DNA from: a virus
Length of the DNA: 64,000 nt
Strand: one strand, 5' to 3'
Virus record (IMG/VR): IMGVR_UViG_3300028025_002503
Coordinates: 6,522-70,521 of that record
The notes under the pieces were generated by a model that was not told where the DNA came from, searched no databases, and was given only the letters and a program-made list of their open reading frames with translations. Each line of letters opens with the position of its first letter. Positions within the stretch are counted from its first letter, which is position 1. Below, piece after piece: positions 9,618 through 19,463 of this stretch. The position numbers and the translations under genes are program-made.

Positions 9618-10487
9618 ATGGCTAAGACAATCATCATAAAGTTAAAAAAGGCTGGCAAAAGAGTGACTATGTTTTCCATATCTGACGATAGAGGAAACAT
9701 ACTTGCTACTGATGTCCCTAAGAGCACTCTGATATCAGGGCTTGCTCTTAGTGTTGATGATTCTGTGAGAGTGGTTGTTCTTACATCAACAGGACTTAAT
9801 TGTTGTGGTAGCGTATGGAACCTTTCTGTTACAACAATAACTAAACCTGAACTAGCAGCTATTAAGTTTCAAGAAGTTAACACAGCATCCATCTGGAAAC
9901 ATCTTGCTAATCCTGTTATATACAACACTTATTACGGATGCATCAGACCATACATTATTGAATATCCTTTTGCATATCAATACAATGATGAGATTCTGCA
10001 GAACGTAAAAGACTATACAAAAGCATACACCTATCTATCTTCAGATGATGGTGTATTTAATGACAACAGGAGAATATCCATCAATGGATACTTTAATAAA
10101 GCAATTCTTTATAATGATCAACAGAGTACAGGTGTGCTTGAACTTGTTGCTAAACCCATGAACAACCTGAAAGAATACTTGAAATACCCTTTATACAACA
10201 CTGATAGTAAGACAATTACGTATACAAAGAGTGATAACTTCTATCAATATAATACGTTCTGGGGACTGGTGAAAGATAAATCCCTACCTTTGTTTACAAA
10301 AACTTGTGAGTCTATGTCCATAGACAAGATTGTAAACCAAGCTAATATGGACTATTCCAAACGTAGTTTCAAAAAAGAACCTCTAAGAGCTAAAGATTTA
10401 AAGGTGAGACACATCCTAGATGACAAATCTAATGTCCACCTAACAAGCCAATTTATCATTACACCAAGCCAAATCTCTTACAAATAA
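9618..10487 (+). CDS. Probable C-terminal portion of the muzzle protein fused to a small N-terminal domain
   Basis: IWKH..YNTYYG..PYIIEY and FNKAILYNDQQSTG resemble the C-terminal region of crAss-like muzzle proteins. Confidence 0.55.
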   Translation: MAKTIIIKLKKAGKRVTMFSISDDRGNILATDVPKSTLISGLALSVDDSVRVVVLTSTGLNCCGSVWNLSVTTITKPELAAIKFQEVNTASIWKHLANPVIYNTYYGCIRPYIIEYPFAYQYNDEILQNVKDYTKAYTYLSSDDGVFNDNRRISINGYFNKAILYNDQQSTGVLELVAKPMNNLKEYLKYPLYNTDSKTITYTKSDNFYQYNTFWGLVKDKSLPLFTKTCESMSIDKIVNQANMDYSKRSFKKEPLRAKDLKVRHILDDKSNVHLTSQFIITPSQISYK

Positions 10488-13330
10488 TGGCAAAGAAGAA
10501 AACACAAGGGTGGTTAGATGCCTATGATGATGAGTTACAATTAGGTGGATATGTCTACCCAGTTAACTATGTGCCACAAGCAGAGAATGGTATTGAGGGA
10601 ACAATGGGTGGATTGACAGATCAAGGCTTTGATTACAATGGTGCATGGGGTGGTCCTTCTATGCAATTTGGTGGTAATCTTGCAGGAGCAGTGGGTTCTA
10701 TGTACGCACGTGTAGGTGCGCCTAGTAATGGTCCTTATGCAAAGAAAACATTAGCAAGTGCACAGAAAGGTGCATCTGTTTCAGATAATACAAGGGTTAA
10801 ACCAGTTATCACTGAAAAACCAATGACTCGTGAAACTGTTAAATCTATAGAGAACCAGTCTTATAGAATGTCTCCTCAGGAAGCATTATTAAATAAATTA
10901 AAAGGAGTAAAGTTAAAAGAAAGTCAAGACAGACTTGATAAAACTGCAGAAAAAATTACAGCAGTTGGTTCTTTCTCTCCAAACCCTTTCATAAGCATAC
11001 CCTCAGCTATTGCTAATTTTACACTAGGAACAACAGGAGCACCTACAGCAGAAGATGCAGGTCTTGATCTTATGGGAGTACTTGGTTCTGTTGGTACTCC
11101 AGAATATGCAAAGAATCTTAGAAAGGTAGCAAGAAGAGTTCCCTTTTTTAAAGGATTAAGTTTTGTTGATGCTGCTTCTGACATATTTGAATTTACACCA
11201 AGTGAAGACTTGTCAAAGAAACAGAACGGTGGAGAAATGAAATTCTACCAAGAAGGACTAGATTGGACTCCTAAAAATATTAGTATGAACGGAAGTAAAA
11301 CACCAAAAGCCCAAGCAGGATGGCAAGAAAAACTTGCTAAAGAAACTGCTAAACTTGATAACCCATTGTCAACATTCCAACTTCTAAAGAAGGGATATTC
11401 AAAGGATGAGATAAAAACAATACAAGACGCTACAGGCAAAGAAAGACCTAAAGTAGGAACTCCTAAAGGAAAACAATTAAGTAAAGAAGAAATTCTTGAA
11501 AGAAACAAAGCGTACGAGGAAGCTAGAAATGTAGAAAGAGGTACAGAAACTCTATCGAATGTTGCAGATTACGCAATGAGTGTTCCTGGAAAACTTTTAC
11601 AAAGTGCATATAAACCAGGATATACAGCAACAGATGCTTTGCTTAATAAACCTAGCGAAGCAGGATTCTTAGAAGAAATGATTGCTGATCCATCAAACTT
11701 AGCATCATTTGGTTTAAAGGGTTTGGCAAAAGGCGTATTAAAAGGACTAGGAAAAAAAGCAGCTACTAAAGGATTGTTGAGCTCTGCAATATTGCCTTTT
11801 TATAAATCAACTCAACGAGATCCTGGTTCAGTTTCTAGTTTTTTATCTAAACTGGATGAAGTAAAAAGTTTATTAACAGAACCAGAGGCTAAAGAGGCTT
11901 TCAGAAGAGTGGGTGATGTTGTAACTTCAAATACCAATAGATCAATAATTGATCCAAGATACGCAGAAGCAATTTCTGATCCTAATCTTCCTTTAAATGC
12001 AATTGATAGATATGCAAAATCGATTACATCAATAGATCCTACAGACAATGCTCTGACTTCTGAACAAATTAAATATCTTAATAATATAACTGGTCTTCAG
12101 ACAAATTATGGTTTGTTAGATCAATCTATTCCATTTCAAGATAGAATGGGATTTGTAATTGAGAATGCCAAGAACATAGCTCCAAGAGATCTTCTTCCTT
12201 ACATGTATGATCTTGATGCTAGGATGTTACCAAATGCTGAAAGAGATAAATTATTAGAAAAACTTTACAAATCATATGGTGGACAGAGCGTAGATAATCC
12301 TATGGCTGAATTCACTGCAGCCACTGATCTTTTTTCATTAGCAGATACATATGCAAATCCATCCTCTAAGCTATCTGATAATATTAAAACAAAGATTAAA
12401 GAGTTATCAACTCTTGGTGAACAAGCTAGGCCCACTGTTGTCATAGATGCTCCTTATTATGACGATAAGTGGTATAACTGGAATTCAAAGAATGCCATTG
12501 ACATGATGGCAAGAAGATGGAATCCAGACAAACGTAGAATAGAACCATATCTATCAATTCCTGATATAACAGAATTGAACAGAGAGTCACGTACACAAGG
12601 AAAAAACATTATAGACGCTGTAAAAAATGTATTTAGTGATCCTGCAAATAAAGGAGAGTTTTATACAGGATCACATAGTTTAAGTACAGATAGTTATCCG
12701 TTAACTCTATCACTGCTTGCTAGAAATAAAGATCTTGTAGATTTTGTTCCAGTTCATGAAGGAGCACCTTTTAAAATAGGAACTGAAACTAATTCATTAG
12801 GTGGACTTAGTAATTATGCTATAAATAGAAGACAATATTTAAATGAAATAAAACCAATATTTGATAACAGGTTTGGCAACATTCCAATTCCACAACAATC
12901 ACGTTATAGTACACCGAGGTCTACAGCTGCCACTAAACAGCTACAAAACCAATTGTTAGAATCTGCACTACTAAACCATCATATCGATGCGTTTAATAAG
13001 AAGATAGGAACTAATATGCCTAGTGCGTATTATTCTGGTTACCACAATGATGTACAAAGACCGAATGTTGGAGCAGTTGTTAAAAAAGATGGAGGTCCTG
13101 TTAAAGATGACATGGGATATTGGAATCCAGAAAACTGGGGAAAGCCTGTAGAAATAAACTCTAATGAAATAACAATGCAAGGAGTTGATCAAGACCTCAT
13201 AGGTGTTTCTGATGCAGGAGATGTAAAACACATGAAGGCTAATAGTCCTAATAATTATAAATTCAAGGGCAAGAAAGTTACAGAATATCCTGTTAAGAAA
13301 AATGGTGGTTGGTTAGATAAATACAATTAA
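10487..13330 (+). CDS. Virion cargo/internal protein with repeated xxxGG motifs
   Basis: 947 aa after the muzzle. LQLGG, MQFGG, KQNGG, KKDGG, KKNGG; GWLDxY at both termini. Confidence 0.6.
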   Translation: MAKKKTQGWLDAYDDELQLGGYVYPVNYVPQAENGIEGTMGGLTDQGFDYNGAWGGPSMQFGGNLAGAVGSMYARVGAPSNGPYAKKTLASAQKGASVSDNTRVKPVITEKPMTRETVKSIENQSYRMSPQEALLNKLKGVKLKESQDRLDKTAEKITAVGSFSPNPFISIPSAIANFTLGTTGAPTAEDAGLDLMGVLGSVGTPEYAKNLRKVARRVPFFKGLSFVDAASDIFEFTPSEDLSKKQNGGEMKFYQEGLDWTPKNISMNGSKTPKAQAGWQEKLAKETAKLDNPLSTFQLLKKGYSKDEIKTIQDATGKERPKVGTPKGKQLSKEEILERNKAYEEARNVERGTETLSNVADYAMSVPGKLLQSAYKPGYTATDALLNKPSEAGFLEEMIADPSNLASFGLKGLAKGVLKGLGKKAATKGLLSSAILPFYKSTQRDPGSVSSFLSKLDEVKSLLTEPEAKEAFRRVGDVVTSNTNRSIIDPRYAEAISDPNLPLNAIDRYAKSITSIDPTDNALTSEQIKYLNNITGLQTNYGLLDQSIPFQDRMGFVIENAKNIAPRDLLPYMYDLDARMLPNAERDKLLEKLYKSYGGQSVDNPMAEFTAATDLFSLADTYANPSSKLSDNIKTKIKELSTLGEQARPTVVIDAPYYDDKWYNWNSKNAIDMMARRWNPDKRRIEPYLSIPDITELNRESRTQGKNIIDAVKNVFSDPANKGEFYTGSHSLSTDSYPLTLSLLARNKDLVDFVPVHEGAPFKIGTETNSLGGLSNYAINRRQYLNEIKPIFDNRFGNIPIPQQSRYSTPRSTAATKQLQNQLLESALLNHHIDAFNKKIGTNMPSAYYSGYHNDVQRPNVGAVVKKDGGPVKDDMGYWNPENWGKPVEINSNEITMQGVDQDLIGVSDAGDVKHMKANSPNNYKFKGKKVTEYPVKKNGGWLDKYN

Positions 13331-13351
13331 AAACCTGTACAACAAAATATT

Positions 13352-16300
13352 ATGAAGAAAGACATTTTAAAAATTGCTGGTGTTAAATCTGAGAAAGAGT
13401 TTTACTATCTCTATCCTACAGAAGAAGCATTCAAGAGAGCTTTTCCAAAAGAGTTCAAAAAAGCTAAGATGGGTGCTGCCATGGTTAAGAAACAATTAAC
13501 CCAGCTTACAGATTTCTCTAATCCTCCACAGGCAGAGATGGGAAGCTATATTGGCGGTGATTCTACAGGATATCAAAATATTAATTTTGGTAAAGTTTAT
13601 GGTGACATTGATTCATCAATTGGTGTACGCAGCCAAATGGAAGAAATGCAGGATAAGATTGATTATCTAAAAGAACAAGATCAAGGTCCAATAGCATCAG
13701 CTCCTCAACAAGGAGGAGGTAATAATGACATGATGCAAAAAGCTGGACAAGCAATTAAGATGGCAGCAATGCTTAAAGGAGTTCCAGTTAATAAACGTGG
13801 TGGTAAGGTTCCTAAATATCAAAATGGTCCAACTGGACAACCATTGATATCTATGCCTTCTGCAGGTCAATTTGCACAATCAGATTATGATATTACAAAT
13901 CAGTTTAATCAAAGTAATCCTGGAGCAAATATTGATGCTGGTGTAAATCCTAACTATGGTCAACAACCTGCTCAACAACCACAACAAAAACAACCTACTT
14001 CTTTAGCCACTACATCAGGAGGAAGACTTATTGATAAAGCTGTAAAACTAACAGGTCCTTTTGCTAAACCTATTGGTAAGGTTATAAATGCTGGTAGGCA
14101 GATTAAACAATCAATTGATCAAGCTGCCCAAGCTAGACAATCTGGTGCTCTTAGTAAGCTTGCACTACAAGCTTCTTCTATGAGACCAGAAGAAACTAAA
14201 CGTAGGTACACTCGTCCTGAAGATGCAATGATTGATCCTAATCAAGTTTCTTCTTCTTATGGAACAGGATATAGCCCAATGCAAGCAACTGCTCAATATG
14301 GTGCAAGTATTGGTGGTAATCCAACAGAGATACAAAATATGTACAATCCTGGAGACATGTATATGGATCTTGGATATGCACCATTGAACGATAATGATAA
14401 AGTGAAACAATATAGGAAAGGTGGTAATATTCTAAAAGCATTACCAGGAGCAGCTGTTGTGGCTTTTGCAAATAAAGTGGGAGATGCAGCACAAGTGGCT
14501 GGTGATGTTGGTAGTGGACTTATAGATATGGGCACTGAGAGGCGTATGAAACAGAATCAACAGATGCTTGGACAAACTGCTTTCCAGTCAGCTACACAAG
14601 GAATGCAAAATCAAAATGCTGCATTCATGGAAGATGGTGGATGGGTTAGTCACGATTGGCAACCACAAGTGATTACACAATTTGGCGGCTACAATCTCAA
14701 AGATCTTCTTAAACCTGACCCAACTATGGACACTCTTAGAGCTGGTGGACATTTAAAGAATTACGCTCCTCCTAGCGCACAAGCTATGTCTACAGAAAGA
14801 ATGGCTATGGGTGGTCAACTTAAAACTACATGGGGTGGATATGCTGAACCTATTTCTTATAATCCACATCTCCCAGGATCTGGAGAAACTGTAATGTTCA
14901 GGGGTAAGTCACATGAAGAAAGTGATGGAAATGGACATACAGGAATTGGTGTTAAGTATGGTAGTGGTGGTCACGATAGCTACACTGATTATGCTGAATA
15001 TGGAACAGAACAAGCTGATGCTGATGTTGAAGTGGAAAGAGGTGAACCAGCTACAGAACTTATGGATAGAGCCACTGGGGAAACTAGTATGATTGTTTAT
15101 GGTGATATGAAGATTCCTTCTTATGGTGTAAGTGAACTTAAAGATCCAAAAGCAAAAGGTAAGAAGTTTAAGAACTATGCAAACGATCTTAGTAAGATAG
15201 AAAAAAGACAAGTGTCTATTCTAGAGAAAGCTATTGATAAATTATCAAAACTTGATCCAACAACACCATTTGAGAAACTAGAATTTGACAGCTTGTCTAA
15301 AGTTGCAGATGGTGCAAATATGAAACTCAAAGGACTTGCTGCTCAAAAAGAACTTCTTGCAGGAATCCAAAATGCAATTCTAGATACATCAAAAGAATTT
15401 GGATTGAAGAGTGCTGAACTTGCCAAGGGTAAGATTAAACAAGAAGAAGATCCAGAAATGGCTAAGTTTGGTGGTAAGTTTACACAAGCTCAAAAGGGTA
15501 AGAAAGTTGAAAAGAAGCTTACTAAAGCTGAACTTGCAGCATTGGCTAAGCTTGCTAAAACTATGAAATATACACCACCTACAGCAGCAGAATTAGCAGC
15601 TGAACAAGAACAGCTTTACAAAGACCGTCCTGAGTTTAGACCTCAAGAATATAAAAATCTTACAGAAAAAGAACAAAATGCACTTCATCGCAAACGATCT
15701 ATAGAACTTGGACCTAGATTAGACCCTATGGATTTACAAAAGCTCACTGGTATACCCAATGCTGTTGAGTTAGCTGCAATGGATGCTAAATGGAGAACCA
15801 ACTCAGGTGGACAAGATGGTGACTTGATGAATCTATGGAGAGAAGTTCAACCCTACTTAACTCCTAGTAATCAAGAACCATTTGATGCTAGTCAAATTTC
15901 ACCAGAAATAATGGCTCTTGCTACTAATCAACTAGAACCTGTACAAGCACAAACATTCAAACCTCAGCTAGAAACACCATATAGTGTATCTATGCAAGAT
16001 CAACTGAATGCTAACCAAGCTGACTTCAATGCTCTACAGAGGCAAATGGGATATAACCCAGCAGCTGCAGCAGCTCTTGCTGCACAGAAATATGCAGCCA
16101 ATTCTGCTATTCTTGCACAACAACTTAGAGCTAACCAAGAAATGCAAATGGGAATGTTCAATAGAAACATAGGAGTGCTTAATGATGCCACTCTTAAGAA
16201 CCTTTCTATTCTAGATCAACAGCAACAAAAACAATCTCAAGCTAGATCAGCTACAAAAGCACAAGGTCAAGCAGCTCTTAGTTCTATAGCAGACAAAATA

Positions 16301-16546
16301 GCTAAACATAAACTAGAGAACAGAACATTGGGAGTTTATGAGAATATGTACAATTATAGGTTTGGTCCTAATGGAAAGGCTATTAATGTAAATGCTCCTT
16401 ATGAGTTCAATCTTGATGTAGCCAGCTTAACTCCTGAAGAATTAGAAACTGCTAGAAAATATAGAGATATTCAAGAAAAGAAAGGAAACAAAAGACAATT
16501 AACTGGTAAAAATGGTTCTCTTGTAAAAGCTATCAAAAATCTCTAA
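13352..16546 (+). CDS. Virion cargo protein (crAss-like C1-type), Gln/Met/Gly-rich
   Basis: 1064 aa; many xxxGG motifs, GKSHEE and EVERGE segments, Gln/Ala-rich helical C-terminus. Confidence 0.6.
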   Translation: MKKDILKIAGVKSEKEFYYLYPTEEAFKRAFPKEFKKAKMGAAMVKKQLTQLTDFSNPPQAEMGSYIGGDSTGYQNINFGKVYGDIDSSIGVRSQMEEMQDKIDYLKEQDQGPIASAPQQGGGNNDMMQKAGQAIKMAAMLKGVPVNKRGGKVPKYQNGPTGQPLISMPSAGQFAQSDYDITNQFNQSNPGANIDAGVNPNYGQQPAQQPQQKQPTSLATTSGGRLIDKAVKLTGPFAKPIGKVINAGRQIKQSIDQAAQARQSGALSKLALQASSMRPEETKRRYTRPEDAMIDPNQVSSSYGTGYSPMQATAQYGASIGGNPTEIQNMYNPGDMYMDLGYAPLNDNDKVKQYRKGGNILKALPGAAVVAFANKVGDAAQVAGDVGSGLIDMGTERRMKQNQQMLGQTAFQSATQGMQNQNAAFMEDGGWVSHDWQPQVITQFGGYNLKDLLKPDPTMDTLRAGGHLKNYAPPSAQAMSTERMAMGGQLKTTWGGYAEPISYNPHLPGSGETVMFRGKSHEESDGNGHTGIGVKYGSGGHDSYTDYAEYGTEQADADVEVERGEPATELMDRATGETSMIVYGDMKIPSYGVSELKDPKAKGKKFKNYANDLSKIEKRQVSILEKAIDKLSKLDPTTPFEKLEFDSLSKVADGANMKLKGLAAQKELLAGIQNAILDTSKEFGLKSAELAKGKIKQEEDPEMAKFGGKFTQAQKGKKVEKKLTKAELAALAKLAKTMKYTPPTAAELAAEQEQLYKDRPEFRPQEYKNLTEKEQNALHRKRSIELGPRLDPMDLQKLTGIPNAVELAAMDAKWRTNSGGQDGDLMNLWREVQPYLTPSNQEPFDASQISPEIMALATNQLEPVQAQTFKPQLETPYSVSMQDQLNANQADFNALQRQMGYNPAAAAALAAQKYAANSAILAQQLRANQEMQMGMFNRNIGVLNDATLKNLSILDQQQQKQSQARSATKAQGQAALSSIADKIAKHKLENRTLGVYENMYNYRFGPNGKAINVNAPYEFNLDVASLTPEELETARKYRDIQEKKGNKRQLTGKNGSLVKAIKNL

Positions 16547-16588
16547 CTCATTCAGTTATACCAAGTTACCAAGTTTCGTTAGGATGTC

Positions 16589-16619
16589 TTGGTTTATATA
16601 ATATATTAAATTACATTTG
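16589..16619 (+). promoter_or_regulatory. Bacteroidota -33/-7 promoter
   Basis: TTG(16589-91)-N20-TACATTTG(16612-19), upstream of ATG 16635. Confidence 0.75.
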
Positions 16620-16634
16620 CTAACTTAATCAGAC

Positions 16635-19463
16635 ATGGCTTCATATACAGACGCAATATCACAATTTAACCCCTACGTTCAACAGCTTCCAGTAGAAGCC
16701 ATGTTGAAAGTTGGTACGTACAAGCAAGAGAAGTATGAAGAAGGGGTACAAAGAATCCAAGGTCAAATAGACAAAGTTGCTGGTTTGGACATTATTAAAG
16801 ATGCAGATAAACAATATCTTCAATCTAAACTTAATGAACTAGGAAGCAAGTTAAAAACTGTAGCTGCTGGTGACTTCTCAAACTTCCAATTAGTCAACTC
16901 TGTAGGAGGAATGGCTAGTCAAATTGGTAAAGATAATAAGGTGGTGAATGCTGTAAGTTCTACAGCATGGTATAGAAAACAGAGAGAAAAAATACAAAAA
17001 GATACAGATGAAGGAAAATCAGATCCTTCAAATATTTATGCTTTTGATAAAAGAGCAGCAGATTGGTTAAATAATGATGAGGCAGGTCAAAAATTTTCAG
17101 CTGATTATGTTCCTCATTTTGACATATTCAAGTTTGCAAAAGAAACCTTTGATGCTGTAGAACCAGACGGATATTCCTTTGATCAGATTTATCAACTTGG
17201 AGAAGATGGTAAACCCATGACCATTGAATCTAAAGATCCAAGAACTGGAAAAGTTACTAAAAGCCTTGTGTACTCTCCAACAATGACAAGACTTGAGAAA
17301 GAAGGAAGACTTCCTAAAAAGGTTCAAGAAACCATATCTCAAATATTTTCTGATCCTAGAGTGAGTCGTCAATTAGGTATTACAGGTGAATATAACTATA
17401 GAGGATATGACGAAACTGGACTTGCAGATAAAGTGATTGCTCAGAGAGATGATTTGATAGATGACTATAATGACACTCTTGCTGATTTAAATATTAAAAA
17501 GACTTCAGGAGAAGATGTACAAGACCAGATAGATGCTGTTGAACAAAGACTTGCCACTGTAAAATCTAACTACGATAAATACTTAGAAACTGTAAAAGAT
17601 AATCCTGATGCAATTAGAGGAAAGTTGTATGAGGATGATGTGTATTCCAGATATTCCACAATGTTTGGAAAGATTAAGACAAAGACACAGATAATGGAGA
17701 ATCCTGCATGGAGAGCTCAATTTGATGTGCAGAAAGAAGCAAACGCACAATCTAGGTGGGCTCAAACAGAAGCTAGACAAAGATTGGAGTTTAAAGAAAC
17801 AAAAGAACTTGAAAGAGAAAAATTATCCCAAGCATGGAATATTGCTGTATTAAACGCTTCTACAAAAGGTAAAAAGAATGCTGCCAAAGGATTCGGTACT
17901 CCTGAAGATACTAGTGGATTTACACAAGGTCAGCAGTTTAGTGATACAGATGTTATCTTTTTAGCTGATAAAGATTATAGAACTGCCGCTGACACTTTCT
18001 CAAAAAGTTCAACAAACTTAGTTTGGGATCAAGCATGTGCTGGTATTGTATCAAATGAAAAAAGACTTTCTGATTTAGTAAAAAGTGGCAAGTCACCAGA
18101 AGAAGCTAAGTATACAATATTAAAAGAAATAGCTGATAGGCGTGGTGTTCCATTGGAAGAGTTTATGACAGGTTACACTCAAAAGATAATAACCAATTAT
18201 AACAATCTCACTCCTGAACAAAAAGAAAAGAACCCTCTTCTTGTAGATCAATATAATGTATATAAAAAATCATTAAGGGGATTCCAAACTCAGAAAGATA
18301 TTAGAAATGATATAGATGCTCAAACAGAAGCTCTATATGGAAAAACCATATCTAGAGAAATTGCGCTAAAAGATATTAAAGATCAAAAGATCAAATTGCG
18401 TGGTGTAGAATATGATATGACTAAAGATGATATATACGATTTGTCTGTATATCTAAAAGGTAGATTGTCTGTACTAGGTACAGCTGGTGGTGTAGATGAG
18501 GGTGTAAGAAAAGCTTCTACAGCAGCATTAGGTAGGCTTAGAGCAAGAGGTAAAGAAGAATTAGCAGATGCACTTATTGAAGATAATCTTGGAAGAAGAG
18601 CATATAGGGGTGGTCCTATTTCGTTCATGACAGATTTTACAAAAGGTTTATTTGGATTGAAAGATGCTTACAGACTAATTAGGTATAGTGACGATACAAC
18701 TGATCCATTCTCTCAAATTGAAAAAGTATTTAAGGTTATTGATAATGATCAATTTGCAGGTGGTTTAAAAGCAAAAGCTGATGTAATTAGAAAAAATTAC
18801 AACATACAACCTAATATGCGTTCAGAATTATTCACTGGTGATAGTGAAACTGACAAGAATCTTTTGTACATGGTGAAAGGGTTTACAGGTGGTTATGGTA
18901 CAAAAAGTGGCGGAAGAATAAATGCTTCTGGTGATTTTGCTGATTTTGCTAAAACAATTGCAGGTGCTGATGCTCCTGATAAAATTTCATTAGATGTACA
19001 ACCTACAATAGGAGCTGATGGAAACGTAAGTGTAGAGATAGTTGCTTACAATAAAGATGATATGAGTAGGGCAGGTGGGATGACACTGCAGCCTGATGAA
19101 GCTGCTAAACTTGGTACAGATGTAAACACTTTGTATGAAACAAGAGAAGTGGCTGCTTTAAGAAACAAACTAAACTTCAATCAAGGAAGTAGCTCTGCAG
19201 CTAGTCCAGCAGAAAAATCTACATATATTCAAGGAGACGCATATTTTGATGCTGAAGACTTTGGACAATTAAAGAATTCAGGATTTAGTGCAAAAGGCAA
19301 CATTATAAAAAATGGTGGAATATATTATCCATACATATATGTTACAGATGGTCAAAATGAAAAAGTTAGACAGTTAGTAGGTAGCCCAAGTCTTGGCGCT
19401 GCTGTAGGTGCTTTGTTAAGCACAAATTCAACATATGCTAAAATGATTTTAACTGAAAAATAA
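16635..19463 (+). CDS. Putative ejection/cargo protein preceding the virion RNAP
   Basis: 942 aa helical protein starting with FNPYVQQLP; TAATG-coupled to the giant ORF, as in crAss gene order. Confidence 0.55.
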   Translation: MASYTDAISQFNPYVQQLPVEAMLKVGTYKQEKYEEGVQRIQGQIDKVAGLDIIKDADKQYLQSKLNELGSKLKTVAAGDFSNFQLVNSVGGMASQIGKDNKVVNAVSSTAWYRKQREKIQKDTDEGKSDPSNIYAFDKRAADWLNNDEAGQKFSADYVPHFDIFKFAKETFDAVEPDGYSFDQIYQLGEDGKPMTIESKDPRTGKVTKSLVYSPTMTRLEKEGRLPKKVQETISQIFSDPRVSRQLGITGEYNYRGYDETGLADKVIAQRDDLIDDYNDTLADLNIKKTSGEDVQDQIDAVEQRLATVKSNYDKYLETVKDNPDAIRGKLYEDDVYSRYSTMFGKIKTKTQIMENPAWRAQFDVQKEANAQSRWAQTEARQRLEFKETKELEREKLSQAWNIAVLNASTKGKKNAAKGFGTPEDTSGFTQGQQFSDTDVIFLADKDYRTAADTFSKSSTNLVWDQACAGIVSNEKRLSDLVKSGKSPEEAKYTILKEIADRRGVPLEEFMTGYTQKIITNYNNLTPEQKEKNPLLVDQYNVYKKSLRGFQTQKDIRNDIDAQTEALYGKTISREIALKDIKDQKIKLRGVEYDMTKDDIYDLSVYLKGRLSVLGTAGGVDEGVRKASTAALGRLRARGKEELADALIEDNLGRRAYRGGPISFMTDFTKGLFGLKDAYRLIRYSDDTTDPFSQIEKVFKVIDNDQFAGGLKAKADVIRKNYNIQPNMRSELFTGDSETDKNLLYMVKGFTGGYGTKSGGRINASGDFADFAKTIAGADAPDKISLDVQPTIGADGNVSVEIVAYNKDDMSRAGGMTLQPDEAAKLGTDVNTLYETREVAALRNKLNFNQGSSSAASPAEKSTYIQGDAYFDAEDFGQLKNSGFSAKGNIIKNGGIYYPYIYVTDGQNEKVRQLVGSPSLGAAVGALLSTNSTYAKMILTEK

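Noticed and set aside
9360-9630. Sequencing frameshift as the cause of the split muzzle
   Set aside because: The break contains a complete small gene with clean stops, A-rich leaders and a paralogous domain, which a single indel would not produce.
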